Positions 11,742 through 25,112 are shown, counted from the whole stretch's first letter. The stretch: 63,470 bases of DNA, filler included, from Intoshia linei (GCA_001642005.1; 4 parts of 4 records of this genome joined end to end with filler, not necessarily neighbours in it); one strand, 5' to 3'. Notes: generated by a model from the sequence alone, not told the origin. Translations and numbers: made by a program.

Positions 11742-13167
11742 ATGACGGTAAGTGCGGAAAAAGTATCCAGTGACATTACAGTTGCTTCAGCATTCAACAG
11801 TTGCAATATTTTAATTGAAAAAAAATTGCGAAATTTGGAAAAACGACGAGTAATTTTATAATGATAAATTTTCATTTTTTTAGAAAAAATTGGAATCACT
11901 AAATCAAGTAAATGACAAGTCACGTTTGAATAAGGAGCAACTGGTATTTACTTGTGTAAATGCCAATTAATGTTTTAATTTAGAATTCTTTAAGTTCTTA
12001 CAATGCAATTGTGACAAACATTGAATTAACCAAGGAATTGGCGGCTTCTATTCAGAAATTAACAACAGAGGTAATATGATTTTATCAATTGTTAAGTATA
12101 ATTTTAGACTTTAAAAACAATCAAAAAGCAAGAAAAATCTAAATCAAAAGTCAATTTTATAGAGGACGTTATTATGTCTAAAAAAGTGATGCAAGTCACT
12201 CGAGGTCTGTCTTGTTTTCATCCAGATTCTAATGTGACAAATAGCAACCTTCAATTACTAGATTTAACAAATGATGAGGTTAAAATTTTGAAAAAATGTG
12301 CATCCATGGCTATCCCTAAAAACAGTAGTGAGTTTGTTGATTGTGACAGCGATCCTAATGATTTAGAAGTTGGGTGGTCAACACTTAGCGATGATGACCA
12401 ACCAAAAGTGGAATGTGAAGCGTGGAAGCACATGACATTGATTGTTCAAAAAAGTGATTTGTTTATTGAAGATGGATGTAATGTTACGTATTCCAAAGTA
12501 CACGATTTGGTCATGAAAGTCATGTTTAGCGACGTTGTTAAAAAAAGCATTTATCGATTGAATATTGTTGATCAAGAAAAAGAAAAACTAGTCGAAAATC
12601 AATATCTTGTCTCACAAAATAATGGACCTACATATGTCAATAATTGTCGTCAATATGTAGATCAAATTAGTCATCCTATTCAAATACAAGCTTATATGAA
12701 TATGAATCAATCCGACAGGATGCCACAGTACCCAATTGAAAACATGGAATCCGTCCAACAGATGGAACAAAATAATTTCAACCAGTATATTCCAATGGTA
12801 AATGAATATACTCAAAATAAATACATTAATGGAAATAAAACAAACAATGTATATAACGATATTTGTTCGAATCAAGAGCCTGTATATGTTCAACCGTCGT
12901 ATGATAAGGTTAAACCTCAGGTAAAAAGTGAATCATTCAAAAATGTTGAACCAAAGGTTAATGATGTCCCTGAAAAGGCTTTGGATGAAGGTTATTTTAA
13001 TTTTATGTTGTTTAATTTTAGTTTTAGATGGTTTCATGACTTATGGAAAGAAACGAGGAAAAAGTTTTAAAAACAAGAAAAGCGATAATGGAAATGGAAA
13101 TGGAAATTACAAAAGTAGTAATCGTGGAAATCGTTCTTTTGGTCGTGGACGTGCCTCGAATTTTTGA
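11742..13167 (+). CDS. CAPRIN1: Caprin family RNA-granule protein (5 exons)
   Basis: IEKKLRNLEKRR|KKLESL...LNKEQL coiled coil; dimerisation-like region (EAWKHMTLI...TYSKVHDLV); Q/N-rich middle; RG-rich tail; introns 11850-11883, 11944-11983, 12071-12108, ~12992-13027. Confidence 0.75.
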
Positions 13168-14285
13168 TTGTGAATAGCTATATTTTAAATACTAAAATTT
13201 AATAGCAAATTAATTTAATCTAGTTTTTAAGTTAATTAACTCAAATGTATTTAAAATATTTTATTAAATCTATTTATTTAACGTTTTGATTTTATTTTTT
13301 CGTTGATTGAGGTTTTTTATATACTTATCTCTGATATCTTAATCTTTGAATAATTCAATCGGTGTTTTATAATAATTATTGAAATATAATTTAATTTTTA
13401 GAATTTTACCTGTTCAAAGAAGGCTAAGGTGTTGTTTAGGTAATTAGTAATTACAATGCTAGAATAGTGTTTCACGTATCAGCATATTTGTAAAAAATGT
13501 TCTGAAAACCACGCCTATTAAAATAATTAAATCGTATAACAAAATGTTTTATTGCTTTATGTCATTTTTTATTCATAAAAATCGACTATTTTTTCGCGTT
13601 TGCGAGCGTTTATGTTATAAAAAAGCGCGTGCACTAGCGGGTTAACTGGATTTTTCATTTTGTTACATACCTAGTAATTTTTCTAGGGTTTTAGATGAGA
13701 ATTACATAACAGTACATGGTTGGGGTTAGATTTATTCTTGAATATCTAGAATTTAGATTTTGACAACTGCGTACTACGAAAATTTTTTGGTTTATCCTAC
13801 TGTTTTACTTTAAAAAAAATTTTTTTTTAAGTCTACAAAACTCATTGTGTCATTTCTATGTCATGAATGTTTAAATTTAAAATTTAGTTTAGTTTATTCT
13901 ATTGGATTTATTTATATTCCACGAGATTCTATATAGATATAAATACATTTTCAATATCATAACGGTCTTGTTTGGAACTCCAGATCCGTGTAGTGGTGAT
14001 TAAATAATATATGACGTATTTTATTAAAAAATTTTTCACTTTCTGGTTATGTATGGAGTATGGAGGTTAGGGTTAACTTTTTATAATTAAAAATACAGGG
14101 CACTACAGCGTGAGAAATATACACTTAAGTGTCGTGGTGTAGTTTTTTAAGCTTATATTTTGAAAAAGTCCGGCCACCCAAGCAAATAAGTTATTGTAAA
14201 TATAATTATTAAAACCTTAACATTTATTTTAATTGTTGTTACCATAGTTTTTATTTTATTTATTTGATATTAAGTTGGTATAATG

Positions 14286-14499
14286 CAGGGTTCCGACTTT
14301 ATTCACGGCGGACCGGTAATAAATTGTAATATTTATCGCGGACCATTAAAGCGAAATTTCTATTATTAAAAAAAAATTGGCAAAAAACGTAATAAATTGA
14401 CTTATAATTAGTAAAAAATTTTTCATAATTATTTCGCGAACCGGTAAATAATTTTTACGGAACTGTACTACTCCGCGGAGTAGCATTTGGGAAACGCTG
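14286..14499. mobile_element. hAT-type MITE
   Basis: CAGGGTTCC...GAAACGCTG ends; perfect 8-bp TSD GTATAATG. Confidence 0.85.
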
Positions 14500-15155
14500 G
14501 TATAATGTATCACATGTTGTATAATAACTCTTATAATCAGAAAGATTGTTCTTCGAATTTAGTAATTAAGGCTAACCAAATATCTTTTTTTCACGCATTA
14601 CTTTTCTATAAACTGGTACACAGGTACCGATTGTAAAATACATTATTGGAAGATATTTAACAAAGATTAAAATTTCGACATCTACAGCATTGCATATCTG
14701 ATTTACTAAATCATAGCTTAAGAACTCTATAATTTGTATAATAAAAAACTCAATATAAATATTGCTTTGAGTAGCATTGTCAGGAAATTATTAAAACTAT
14801 CGTGGAATATGACATTTAAGCGATATATAGCTCATATAGAAGAATTACCACCTCCCTATCCATCAAAAACAGCGCGGTTACCTAAAATGTATTTCCAATA
14901 CATTGTTGAATCAATGAAACTGTGTATCAAAAAGTTGTTTTATACAATATTATTTTTTTTTGGAATCAGAAATGTTGCTCTTTCTGTCTTACTGAAAAGA
15001 TGCAAATATTGCACATGTTTTTTAAAACAACATTTATATTTGTTGGTACCACCTCTTCAAGTTGCTTTAACAAATGATGTTTTTGAGCATCAATATTTAG
15101 AGTACAATACCTATGAAACAGATCCTTATTCAAGTATATTGACGATTAACTAGTC

Positions 15156-15840
15156 CAGGGGTACACAACCTTTTCACCAATTCAGCCACAATGCTACTTT
15201 TTTCATTGATATTACGGCCGCACAAAATTTACTTCGACATTGAGAAAGTTTACTCTGGATCTTTATCGATTTTTACCAAAGTTTTAGAATAAAAATTACC
15301 CTATATGATTTCAAAAGAAAAAACCAAATGTTGCCAACTCTTAAAGAAAAAAATCTTTTTTACCAATATTTATATGAAAAATACCATTTTACCAAATTTT
15401 TAGATCAATAATTCTTCTGACTAACTCCATAATAAAAAATCTGATTTAAAAAAAATTTAAAAAATTTATTTTTAGTAGTATTTTTTTGAAAAAACATTAA
15501 TCATTAATTTTTTGGTAAATAATTAATAATAATTGGACAACATAACAAAGTTCCATTAAAAACCGATTTGTTGATACATTAGAGTGGAAGACATAAAAAA
15601 GATATCAGTGACTGCCTTGATTTTGTGTGCCCTTCGCTAACATTTGAGAAACTGGGGCAAAGTCAAGAATGTAACTTTTTGATTAAAATTTTAAATCTTG
15701 TAACCTTGTAAGTTTTAACCTTGAATAAAATCTCATTTTAACTTTTCAATTTCAAGTAGAATGATATATTGCATTATGATTAGATGTATTGCCCACGGCC
15801 GCACATAAACGCTCTCACAGCCGCACATTGCGCATCCCTG
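15156..15840. mobile_element. hAT-type non-autonomous element
   Basis: CAGGGGTACACAA...TTGCGCATCCCTG ends; perfect 8-bp TSD AACTAGTC. Confidence 0.88.
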
Positions 15841-17405
15841 AACTAGTCAACGATACAATTAATAAACTTAAAAATATATAAATATATAGAAATAATAAAC
15901 AATCTTTCATAATAAAATGTATAATTTTTCAAAATGAAAGGTGGTTGGACTTTTTATCATTATATTAAAAAAAATTATAGATGTGATTTATAGGATATTA
16001 CTCATACTACACGGTCATGTATTTAATCAATTTCAAAAATTCGACTAAAAAGTTAACGCTCTAATGGAGGTACGCCTACTACTATCAAGTACATTGTTTG
16101 TTTTTGAAAAAATTGAAAATAGAAAATTTTAATAGTACAATTGCAATTTTAATAGTACAATTGCAATTGTAATAATAAACTACAGTTTTATTTAATCGTT
16201 AATGTTTAAAATTGGCCAAATTCTATTTAAAAATGCTTGGTACACAAATAATTCTATTTTGATTTGTGTTAAAAATTTTTCTTTTAATCACATTTTGTTG
16301 ACAAAGCGGGTAGACTTACAAGGTAATTTTCGATAAATATAACATGAATTCAGCTTATCATTTTTAACAAATACGAACATTTACTGTTGGAACTCAAAAT
16401 ACTATATTTGTGAGTCTTAAAATAGGTGTAACAGATGGCTGGATTGTAGATTATAATTTTTTCGTCTCATTGATATGACTCAATGTTTGTATGGTTTCAA
16501 ATTCATTTAATGTTAGATGTATTATTTCGAAGTAGCAGCTTCAAAATTAAAATAAATTTAGATTTAATACAAGAAGGCACCGAATTTAGAGATTTTTTAA
16601 ATGTACACGACTATCATACCGGTCTAAGGTCCACTTTGGAAAAGCTACGAGACAAATATGTTTCACATGTCTCATTATCTTTGTCTACAAGTATAGTTTA
16701 TTGTATTTTTTTTATATTTATGTCTAATATGTTAGTGTTTTGATAATATTTGTGCAGTGAACGTCTTATTCAGCCACTTGGGAGTAGTTAAAATGTAAAG
16801 GGTTTAAAACTGCATATTTACCAACTTTATAAAAAATGAAAATTGTCTCAAGTGATTTCTTTCATGAGTCATTAGGCCACAAAAATTGATTATCTTGTAT
16901 AGTTTTCTCTGTACCTTACCACTAAAAAATGAAAATCACGAAATTTAAAAAAGATTAAAATTAAACTTTTCGAATTGGTTCAATGCTACCATTTATATTT
17001 TTCGGTTATGCAAAAACTTAAATATTATTGATTGAATATCGTTATTTATGGATTAATTTAAATTCTTGACAAAAATGTACGCCCCTTTTATCTCATATTG
17101 ATCAATATACAATAATGTATAAGTACAATTTAGAATCATTTGAAAATATTGCAATCAATCGAAACACCAAAATACAAGACTTGGCGGAGATAAGTATTGA
17201 CTCAACCAATAAATTTTTTTATCTAAATTTTGGCAAAAATGCAAACGTTTTATTCAAAATTATTAAATATGATAAAAGTTTAGAAAATTAGTAAAATACT
17301 ACCAATTTTAAAAAAACTGGGACATGTCAATGCTGTAGAAGAGAAAACCTCTATTATAATACCTATAGAAATGTAATTTAAATCCTTTTGTATTAGATTT
17401 TAATA

Positions 17406-17594
17406 CAGTCAATTCTGTTCTATATGAACTCAGATCAATATGAACATGACAATTTTGTTTGAACAAACATTGATTGGACATTTCGAAATTTTTAATTATA
17501 TTATTATCGCCATTCATATATGTTCATATTACAGTATAGTATGAACATGATCAAAACCTGGTCCCTTCATGTTCATATAGAACAGAATTGACTG
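17406..17594. mobile_element. pogo/Tc1-mariner type MITE
   Basis: Perfect 24-bp TIR CAGTCAATTCTGTTCTATATGAAC flanked by TA. Confidence 0.88.
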
Positions 17595-18762
17595 TAGTTA
17601 AAATATAAAACTGAAATGGCGATGTTTCTTTTTATTATTTAGTTGATATAATTTATATTACGAATACACTCGTGTTTCAACAAAAAATCGCAAATTTTGC
17701 TAACTCTGCAATTCATTTTCTGCTATTTATCATTATATCCATTTTAAATTAAAATTTCAAAATGTAACATTGTCGATGAATAAGGAGAACTTTATCATTG
17801 CACTGATAAATAAAAACTATAAAGAATGTGATACGAGACACATTTTTAACGCAGAGGCTTATTTGTTTTATAAAACTAATTTTAAGTTAAATTTAATGTA
17901 TATTTCTTACTCTGTATTTTTGATTTAAAGGAAAATTAGTATAAGTACTAGTATACAACTTATACACTAGTTATGTAAATCAGAAATTTTTAAACTTTTT
18001 ATCTCGGGGAACACCTATTGTATTGAACATATATTGTATACATGGGAATGTACCTATAATATAGGTACATTTCCATGTCCTATAGGTCCATAGGTTTTAT
18101 ATCTTTATTATACGATCATTAGTAATGATTTATTACGATTGAAAATTTTTTTGGGTAACACCGATTTAATTTAGCAGCATTGGTAAATTCTTCACTGAAT
18201 AACTAAGCTACATGATGCATTATATGAATGAAACTTAAATATAACCTTGAAACGATAAAATTACTAAAATATATCAAAAATTCAGAATCACAGTTGAACA
18301 CACAAAGGAATTGGTTGAATTGGCAAGAAAAATGAAAAATAATATTTGCGTTAACCAAAGAACAGTGCACTCGAAATACTGTAAAAATTTGAATACACTG
18401 AAGCGTTCAAATAAAATTTCCAGCGATACCTATAAATTTGCTACTGAATATGTAAACTCAATATGCTATTGTGCATATTATACATTTTTCTTACATTTAC
18501 ATTTAGCTAAAAAAGACACTAGACTACTATTCTAAGGAAGCAAATGAAATGTTTGAGAGAAAAAAAGAAAATATGTGAAAAATGAAAATATCTAAATAAA
18601 ATTAAACTGCCATTGTTTCGTTTCTAAGTATTTTCAATAAACTGATTTTTGATTTGTAAACACACACATCATTGTTATTTAGTTTAGTTGCGTCTCAGTT
18701 AATTCACTAACTATTAAACACTTTTATTTATTTTTTCTAAATTAACTTTTGCGTTATCTGAC

Positions 18763-19527
18763 ATGTTCATTTGGAATTGGATTACCTCAACTCTTGAATC
18801 TTTTGGTTGAAATTGAATTAATTTAAAATTTAATCAATTTAGGGTTGTTGAAAAAAAAGGCTGTTATCGTGTTTTTGGGGATTGACAATGCCGGCAAAAC
18901 TACTTTATTACACATGTTAAAAGACGGTCGAATAGCTCAACATGAACCTACACAGCACCCAACTAATGAACAATTGACTATGGGTGGATTAAAAATAAAT
19001 GCTTACGATTTGGGCGGACATAAACCTGGTGGGTTTATTTTATGTAAAAAAATGTATAAACATAGTTAATTTTATGATACATTTTATCTTGTAATTACTT
19101 TTTAATTTAGCTCGAGTGTTATGGCGCGATTATTTACACGAAGTCGATGCTATTGTATACATTATTGATGTTGCCGATCGAGATAGATTATGTCAAAGTA
19201 AAGATGTTTTTGATGTACATTTAATAAAAATGATGTATAATTATTTTTTAGAACCTCTTGACAGAGCCTGATATTCAAACTATACCCATTTGTATTCTTG
19301 GTAACAAGATCGATAAAGCTAGCGCGATAAGTGAGGAAGAAATTAGAAATTATTTCGGACTTCACGGCAGGACCACTGGAAAAGTTTTTATTTAAAATTT
19401 TTTAATCATTTATTTTTAGACTGTCATATCCAATATACCTGGACGACCCATGGAGCTTTTTATGTCAAGCATTGTTAAGAAACAAGGTTATGGTGATGGG
19501 TTCAGATGGTTGTCAAATTTGATATAA
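18763..19527 (+). CDS. SAR1: Small GTPase SAR1 (COPII), 5 exons
   Basis: MFIWNW N-terminus, [34 protein letters not shown]. Confidence 0.96.
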
Positions 19528-19984
19528 AATTACAATTTAACACCTTTATGTACATTAAATTTGAGTATTCATTTTTAATATCTACAATTAAACCCATTAA
19601 ACCTTTGCAAATACAATTTTTGTTTATAATTTATTGATCATTGTCCCAATTTGGTTTTGTATATTTACTACGGATCATTATAAACACGTCGCAGACAAGT
19701 AAAACATTAGTTTTAGACAAAAATTTAGTGTTTATTTTTTGTACTGAAGCTGTGGTTGGTTACATTGTAATGTTCTGTATGTGTGAAACCCTGTGAGACA
19801 TCATAATTTGATTCACAATCTTTGTACAATGTATTTGAAATATTAACGCAATTTACGATAATAAATAAACAAATTCATAATTGCAAAGTAGGTGTTATCT
19901 TGGTTATCCAATTACTATTAATGTTTTAATCATTTAATTTTAATAAAACTTTGTTTAAATATTTAAAAAAAATCTCTTTTAGAA

Positions 19985-20377
19985 ATGTCTGATAAAATGG
20001 TTTTTTATTAAAAATATTATCTATGTAATATTAAGGAACATACTTTATTGATGATTCAAACTGAAGCATTAATGAACAACAGAACATATTCAGATTTTGA
20101 TAATGTTGAGGAATGTATAGAACACATTTGCAAACTTTATGAAACACATTTACAAAATTTATACCCCAATCAAGATTCAATAACATATGATGTATCTCAA
20201 TTATTTGAGTATATTGACGAAATTCCAGATATTTTTTGTTTGACGTAATTTTTTGTTGTGCATGTTTACTTTGCTTTTAGTTTTAATAAAGAATGTACCA
20301 ATTATGTGCCTCATAATAAGGTTTGGTTAAAGGAAATTATTTATAGACAATTGAAAACACAAGCGAAAAAGCTTTAA
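19985..20377 (+). CDS. ERH: Enhancer of rudimentary homolog, 3 exons
   Basis: HTLLMIQ...RTYSDF...ICKLYETHL...SITYDVSQLFEYID...YVPHNKVWLKEIIY. Confidence 0.93.
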
Positions 20378-20493
20378 TGATTATATTTTAGTTTTCTTGT
20401 ATTATAGATTACATTTTAAATTATGTTTTTATTATTTAGTTTTGTCGAAGCAATTGAGATATTACAAGTTATTTATATGTCTAAGCTTTAGGA

Positions 20494-20686
20494 CAGTTGT
20501 TTTCAACTTGATTGTGTTCGTGACCCCTTATAAACATAAAAAATTTTCTATACGCTCCAAAAATCATATCAATTCACATCAATGAAAATATTAAAAAAGC
20601 ATGTTCAATTTTATTTATATTTTATACTGTGTTTAAATTCTCACGACCCCTGATAAATTTCGCAACCCCTTGGTTGAAAACCACTG
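20494..20686. mobile_element. hAT-type MITE (same family as 29975-30159)
   Basis: CAGTTGTTTTCAAC...GTTGAAAACCACTG; perfect 8-bp TSD CTTTAGGA. Confidence 0.9.
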
Positions 20687-21092
20687 CTTTAGGAGGAAGT
20701 CGAGTTGTAACGTACAACTACATTATTATTATAAAACTCATTATTGATAAGTGAGTTGATATATGACGCAATCTAAATTAGCTGTTGTCAATATGTGATG
20801 ATACTGCATAGGGTACTTTACAAGTCATGTTGAATCTACATTGTAGATTCTATCGTATATTTTCATATTTCTGCTCAAGTATACGGCAAGGGTTTCCTAA
20901 TTTTACGTTTTTAGTTCAATATTATATTTGGTCTGCGTCCAGTAAATTTTAATTGCAAAAAATATTTAAATATCTCTTTCTAAATTTATACAAGTTTGAC
21001 CTGTGCTGCCCATAAGCCTGATTGATCGTTGGAAATTGTAATAATTCATCAAATCACTACAGCAACAATTGGAAATATTTAATTAAACAAAA

Positions 21093-21232
21093 ATGGTCAA
21101 TGAAACGGAAAATGATTGTAAATTTTTGTCTAAAAAAGATCGTGATGCAGGATTTCTCCTTCATGAAGAACCATTCGTTTACTCAGTTATTCATAGATGC
21201 CATGGAAAAGTATGTAATAATTGTTTGAAAAG
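21093..21232 (+). CDS. First exon of a SMYD-type SET/MYND methyltransferase (remainder not in this contig)
   Basis: MVNETEND...AGFLLHEEPFVYSVIHRCHGKVCNNCLK followed by donor GTAAAT; E-P-F + CxxC pattern of the SMYD N-SET/MYND start. Confidence 0.6.
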
Positions 21233-21589
21233 GTAAATTTAAGTCATGCAATATTTACTTTGTGTATGAATTGAAGGAATTAAATAGACATGAAATGTAT
21301 ATTGAAAATACACGAAAAATAGCCTTGCTTACAAATTTAATTTAGTTACCATATTTTCTTACCCATAAATTCCTTTGGATCGTTCCTTGGTCATTTATCA
21401 TTAGCAGCCCTCAATATAATCACACTATTAAACTTGAAGAATTTTTTCAGATTGAATGGAAAGAATGCACGTTATACTCTGATCTTATAAATTTAAACAA
21501 ATAGCCTCAAAAGGTTATATTTTTAATTTAAAATCTCAATAATTTACAATCATCATGTATGCTACGTCGTGTATGACATTACATACATT

Positions 21590-22490
21590 CAAAGCTGTAT
21601 TAAGCCACTTTGTGGCCCTGAGCTAAGCAAAGGGCCGGATGCCCTTTAAAATTTCGAGCGAAGCGATAAAAAATAAAAAAATAAGTACCATGTTTAGAAG
21701 ACAGGGCATACTGTTGGTTGGAGACTATGTGTCTTATTTCATTGAGTATTAATAAAAGCATTAAAAGATATTATGTAGTTTTCTAGTAACTTTTATTTCT
21801 TTTACAAAAACCTACTTACATTAATTAATGAACAAAGTTTACTTTTTCATTTAAAAATATGCACCATGCAGTAACAAAAAATTCTTGACAAATGTTGCTT
21901 TCTCACTTTTTTCTGAGAGAAATCAGATATGATACTATCAAAACTGATATCATTCTCAATTGACATTAAGGAGAGCACATTCAAACGAGGTTGAGCTAAG
22001 CAATTTCGAAGTTCATTCATAATTATTTTGAGTTTAGAAAAAGTTCTTTCACCTTTGCAATTTGCAACCATCATTGAAAGAAACATTCTTATGCAGATTT
22101 CAATATTAGAAAATAGTGATTCCAATTTATCACTTTTATAACTTTACATATCAAAAATGTTATTGTTTTTTCCCAATCAAAATAATGTTTAAATTGTTGA
22201 CATGCTATTACTAAATCATTTTTTTTTTAAGTCTGTAAGATTATCAAATGAAGTATTCAATTCATCATTCGACATCACATTTCACAGAACTTTGATTCTA
22301 TTTTCTTTGTAGCTATTTTCTTACTTAAAAACTTATAAACTATTTCTTAAGATATAAATGTGAAGTATTATTTAATAAATTGGGGCCACTTTTTAAGATA
22401 TATGTGTAAAGTACTTTTATTAAGTTCAGGTTTTTTTAATGAGTGGCCCTGGGCTACAGTTCATATTGCTTATGCCTTAAAACGGCTCTG
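21590..22490 (-). mobile_element. Internally deleted hAT (Tip100/ZMYM-like) transposon retaining the dimerisation domain
   Basis: TIRs CAAAGCTGTATTAAG / CTTAAAACGGCTCTG; TSD CATACAT(T/A); ORF 21847-22125 NCKGERTFSKLKII...RLNVLSLMSIE (Dimer_Tnp_hAT). Confidence 0.88.
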
Positions 22491-22608
22491 CATACATAAG
22501 TATAGTAATGCGTGTCATCTTTATTTTAGCGAATTTAATAATTGAGTCCATAAACAATAACTTTGGCTTTCAATTATCTCAATGTTATTTTAATACACTT
22601 ATGAATTA

Positions 22609-23823
22609 TCCTTACTTATATAAAGTAAAATGGTTAAAAATGTAGTCCTGTTTATATATTTATTTGTTTATTTTAGTTTATTTAAGAAAGTAAGGGGATT
22701 CGAGTTTTACAAATATTATATTATTATAACCGTTTTTCAAGAGTGTTGTTTTATCGTAAATTTTAATTTCAAAAATTGAGTCCTTCAAGGTTAAAAACCA
22801 CAATTGTCCTTTGTTTTTTAATTCAAACCAGTCTTAGAAATATAAAAATTACGCATTCTAATGAAGAGTTTTAAATTCATCAATATTATGATAATTTTCA
22901 ATTTCAAAATCTTATATTTCCACCCTCAAAACCCAATTAACCCTTTACTGTAAAAATTAAAAAAGTTTTATAATTTTGTACAACATAAATGCTGGAATGG
23001 GTTTTAAATTCATAACCATAATCACAAATGGTTACCACATAAAAGTTAATTTTCACGATCAAAACCCAGATTACTCTTTTTTTTATATGAAAACAGCCCT
23101 AGAATTTACAAAAATTACTTATGATACAGTTATATTCAGTTAGCACACACAAAAAATTTCAATCTGATTAAGTGACGTCTTTATGGTCAAAAAAGCACTT
23201 TAATATTTATTTTTTTTACTTCGAAACTATTTTATTAACATATGGTAAATCAAAAAATTTGAAATAATTAACGGGCGTACAATTAAAAAAAATATTATTC
23301 TGATAGAGCTTATTCCATTTGATATAAATCAAAATTTTAACCCCAGAAATCTACGCATTCCCGGTGAAAAATAATTTTTAATATATTATCAACCAATATT
23401 TTTCAAATATTTCGAATTAAAATAAAAATGAAAATGCAAATTGATTCTACAATTTTAAAAATAAAATGCATTGAACGTCTACACATTTCCAAAATAGAAA
23501 TATGGGTCAAAATCTATATAATTGATTCCTTCGGGATTTTTTTCATTGCTACGCAATTTTTGATTCTCAAATTTTTTTTTAAATTTAAATTAAAACCAAG
23601 AACGAATTACTAAAAGTAATAAAACTTTGTTATCATTATTTTTTAGTCATCGAAAGCAGATACTAAATATTCTGGAGTATATATTATCACATTGAAAATA
23701 ACATAATAGGTAGTTAAATTGACAAGTTAGATTTTTAACTTGAATTTATTTTTTTGGTAAAATAAAAATTTTTCCTCGGCAGAGCTAGATGCTATTTGTA
23801 CGTAGTACATAAGAGTCAACTAG
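22609..23823 (+). mobile_element. Non-autonomous Helitron
   Basis: A|TCCTTACTTATATAAAG 5' end; 3' hairpin TGTACGTAGTACA then CTAG|T; internal blocks repeated at 37.8-38.5k, 39.5-40.1k, 52.6k and 53.7k. Confidence 0.75.
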
Positions 23824-24251
23824 TCATTTATAATACGTAATAATTATTGTACATGTAATACATATTATGTATAACATTTTAATAGTTTGTCATTAACAAA
23901 TATAGAAAGGCTCTGGATCGATGTTCAAGTTGTAAAACAGTCTTTTACTGTAGTTCAGAATGTCAGGTAATACTTATATTTTTTAGCCATTTATGTCAGA
24001 TATCGCAAAAATTATATACATGACACTAGGGATGTTCCAAAATTTTATTAATTAACACTATGCATGTGCACAATTTTAAATTTGTTCTGATAAAAAAGTA
24101 AATGATAAAAAATGAAAATACAAAAAAAATAATTAACATTAACATGTAAATTAGATAAAAATTTGTGGAGACTATCCTTTACTTATATATAAAATTGAAT
24201 GTCTGTGTGTTACCGTATATTTAAAAAATTAACAGTCGTAGAATTAAAAAA

Positions 24252-24351
24252 NNNNNNNNNNNNNNNNNNNNNNNNNNNNNNNNNNNNNNNNNNNNTTAAT
24301 TAATTAANNNNNNNNNNNNNNNNNNNNNNNNNNNNNNNNNNNNNNNNNNNN
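24252..24351. other. Artificial contig linker (44N-TTAATTAATTAA-44N)
   Basis: The 12-mer has stops in all six frames; identical structure occurs three times. Confidence 0.95.
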
Positions 24352-24558
24352 ATGTAAGAAATTTGCTCGGTCATTTGTACATTTCACTATAATATCCAAC
24401 ACTTTGATCAATAAATTTCATAAAGTAGCCCACCATTAACAATAACTTAAATCCAAATTGCATTCTTTATTTTGCTTTATAAAGTGACTGATATAAGTTT
24501 TGGTTATAAAATGTAATGTTCCAATTTTTATTGTTATTATTTTATCTATATAATCTAG

Positions 24559-25112
24559 TCCTACATTCATCGTTGTGGAAGGTCTGGCAGAGTCGGTAAA
24601 AAAGGAAAAAGTATTATATGTTGTTCCCCTCAACAATTTGCATTATTCAAAAAATTGCTTAAAGATATAGAAAAAGAAAAAATGCCCAGCATTGAAGTCA
24701 ATTCCGATATTTATATCCAACTAAAACCGATTGTTAAACTTGCAAATAATATGGAATTGGACTGTTATAGGTAAATATTTGTAATTTGACCTCTAACTGT
24801 TTTGTTTATTTTACACGTAGAATTAAAATTCTAATCACATATATATATATATATATATTGTCAAAACATTATAATTGGAATGTAATATTTACAATGTAAT
24901 TTACGTAATTTGTAAATTATAGAAACAAGAAGACAAAATCTGACGCAACATGGACAGAAACAATAGTTAAAAATGCAGATATATTGGAAACCAATGAAAA
25001 TGACAGCGATACAGAGAGAAATAAATGCAAAATTGATAAATTATCAAAATGGAACAAATCAAAACTGAACAAAATGATTTTAAATTTCGATAATTTTATG
25101 AAACGTATGTAA
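24559..25112 (+). CDS. DDX24: DEAD-box RNA helicase, DDX24/MAK5-like, last two exons
   Basis: SYIHRCGRSGRVGKKGKS (motif VI); downstream ...IVKLANNME...SDATWTETIV pattern resembles the DDX24 C-terminus. Confidence 0.65.

Noticed and set aside
11534-11923. 129-aa minus-strand ORF with a hydrophobic tail
   Set aside because: Overlaps Caprin exons 1-2 antisense; no motif
14600-15153. 139-aa plus ORF; weak minus-strand AVFDG similarity to Academ-like transposases
   Set aside because: No convincing motif set; many stops; too decayed to call
16483-16743. VHDYHTGLRSTLEKLRDKY resembles an integrase H2C2 zinc-binding segment
   Set aside because: Single short motif with no adjacent catalytic core
24296-24307. 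TTAATTAATTAA palindrome as a biological site (piggyBac/PacI/homeobox)
   Set aside because: Centred in identical N runs three times; assembly linker
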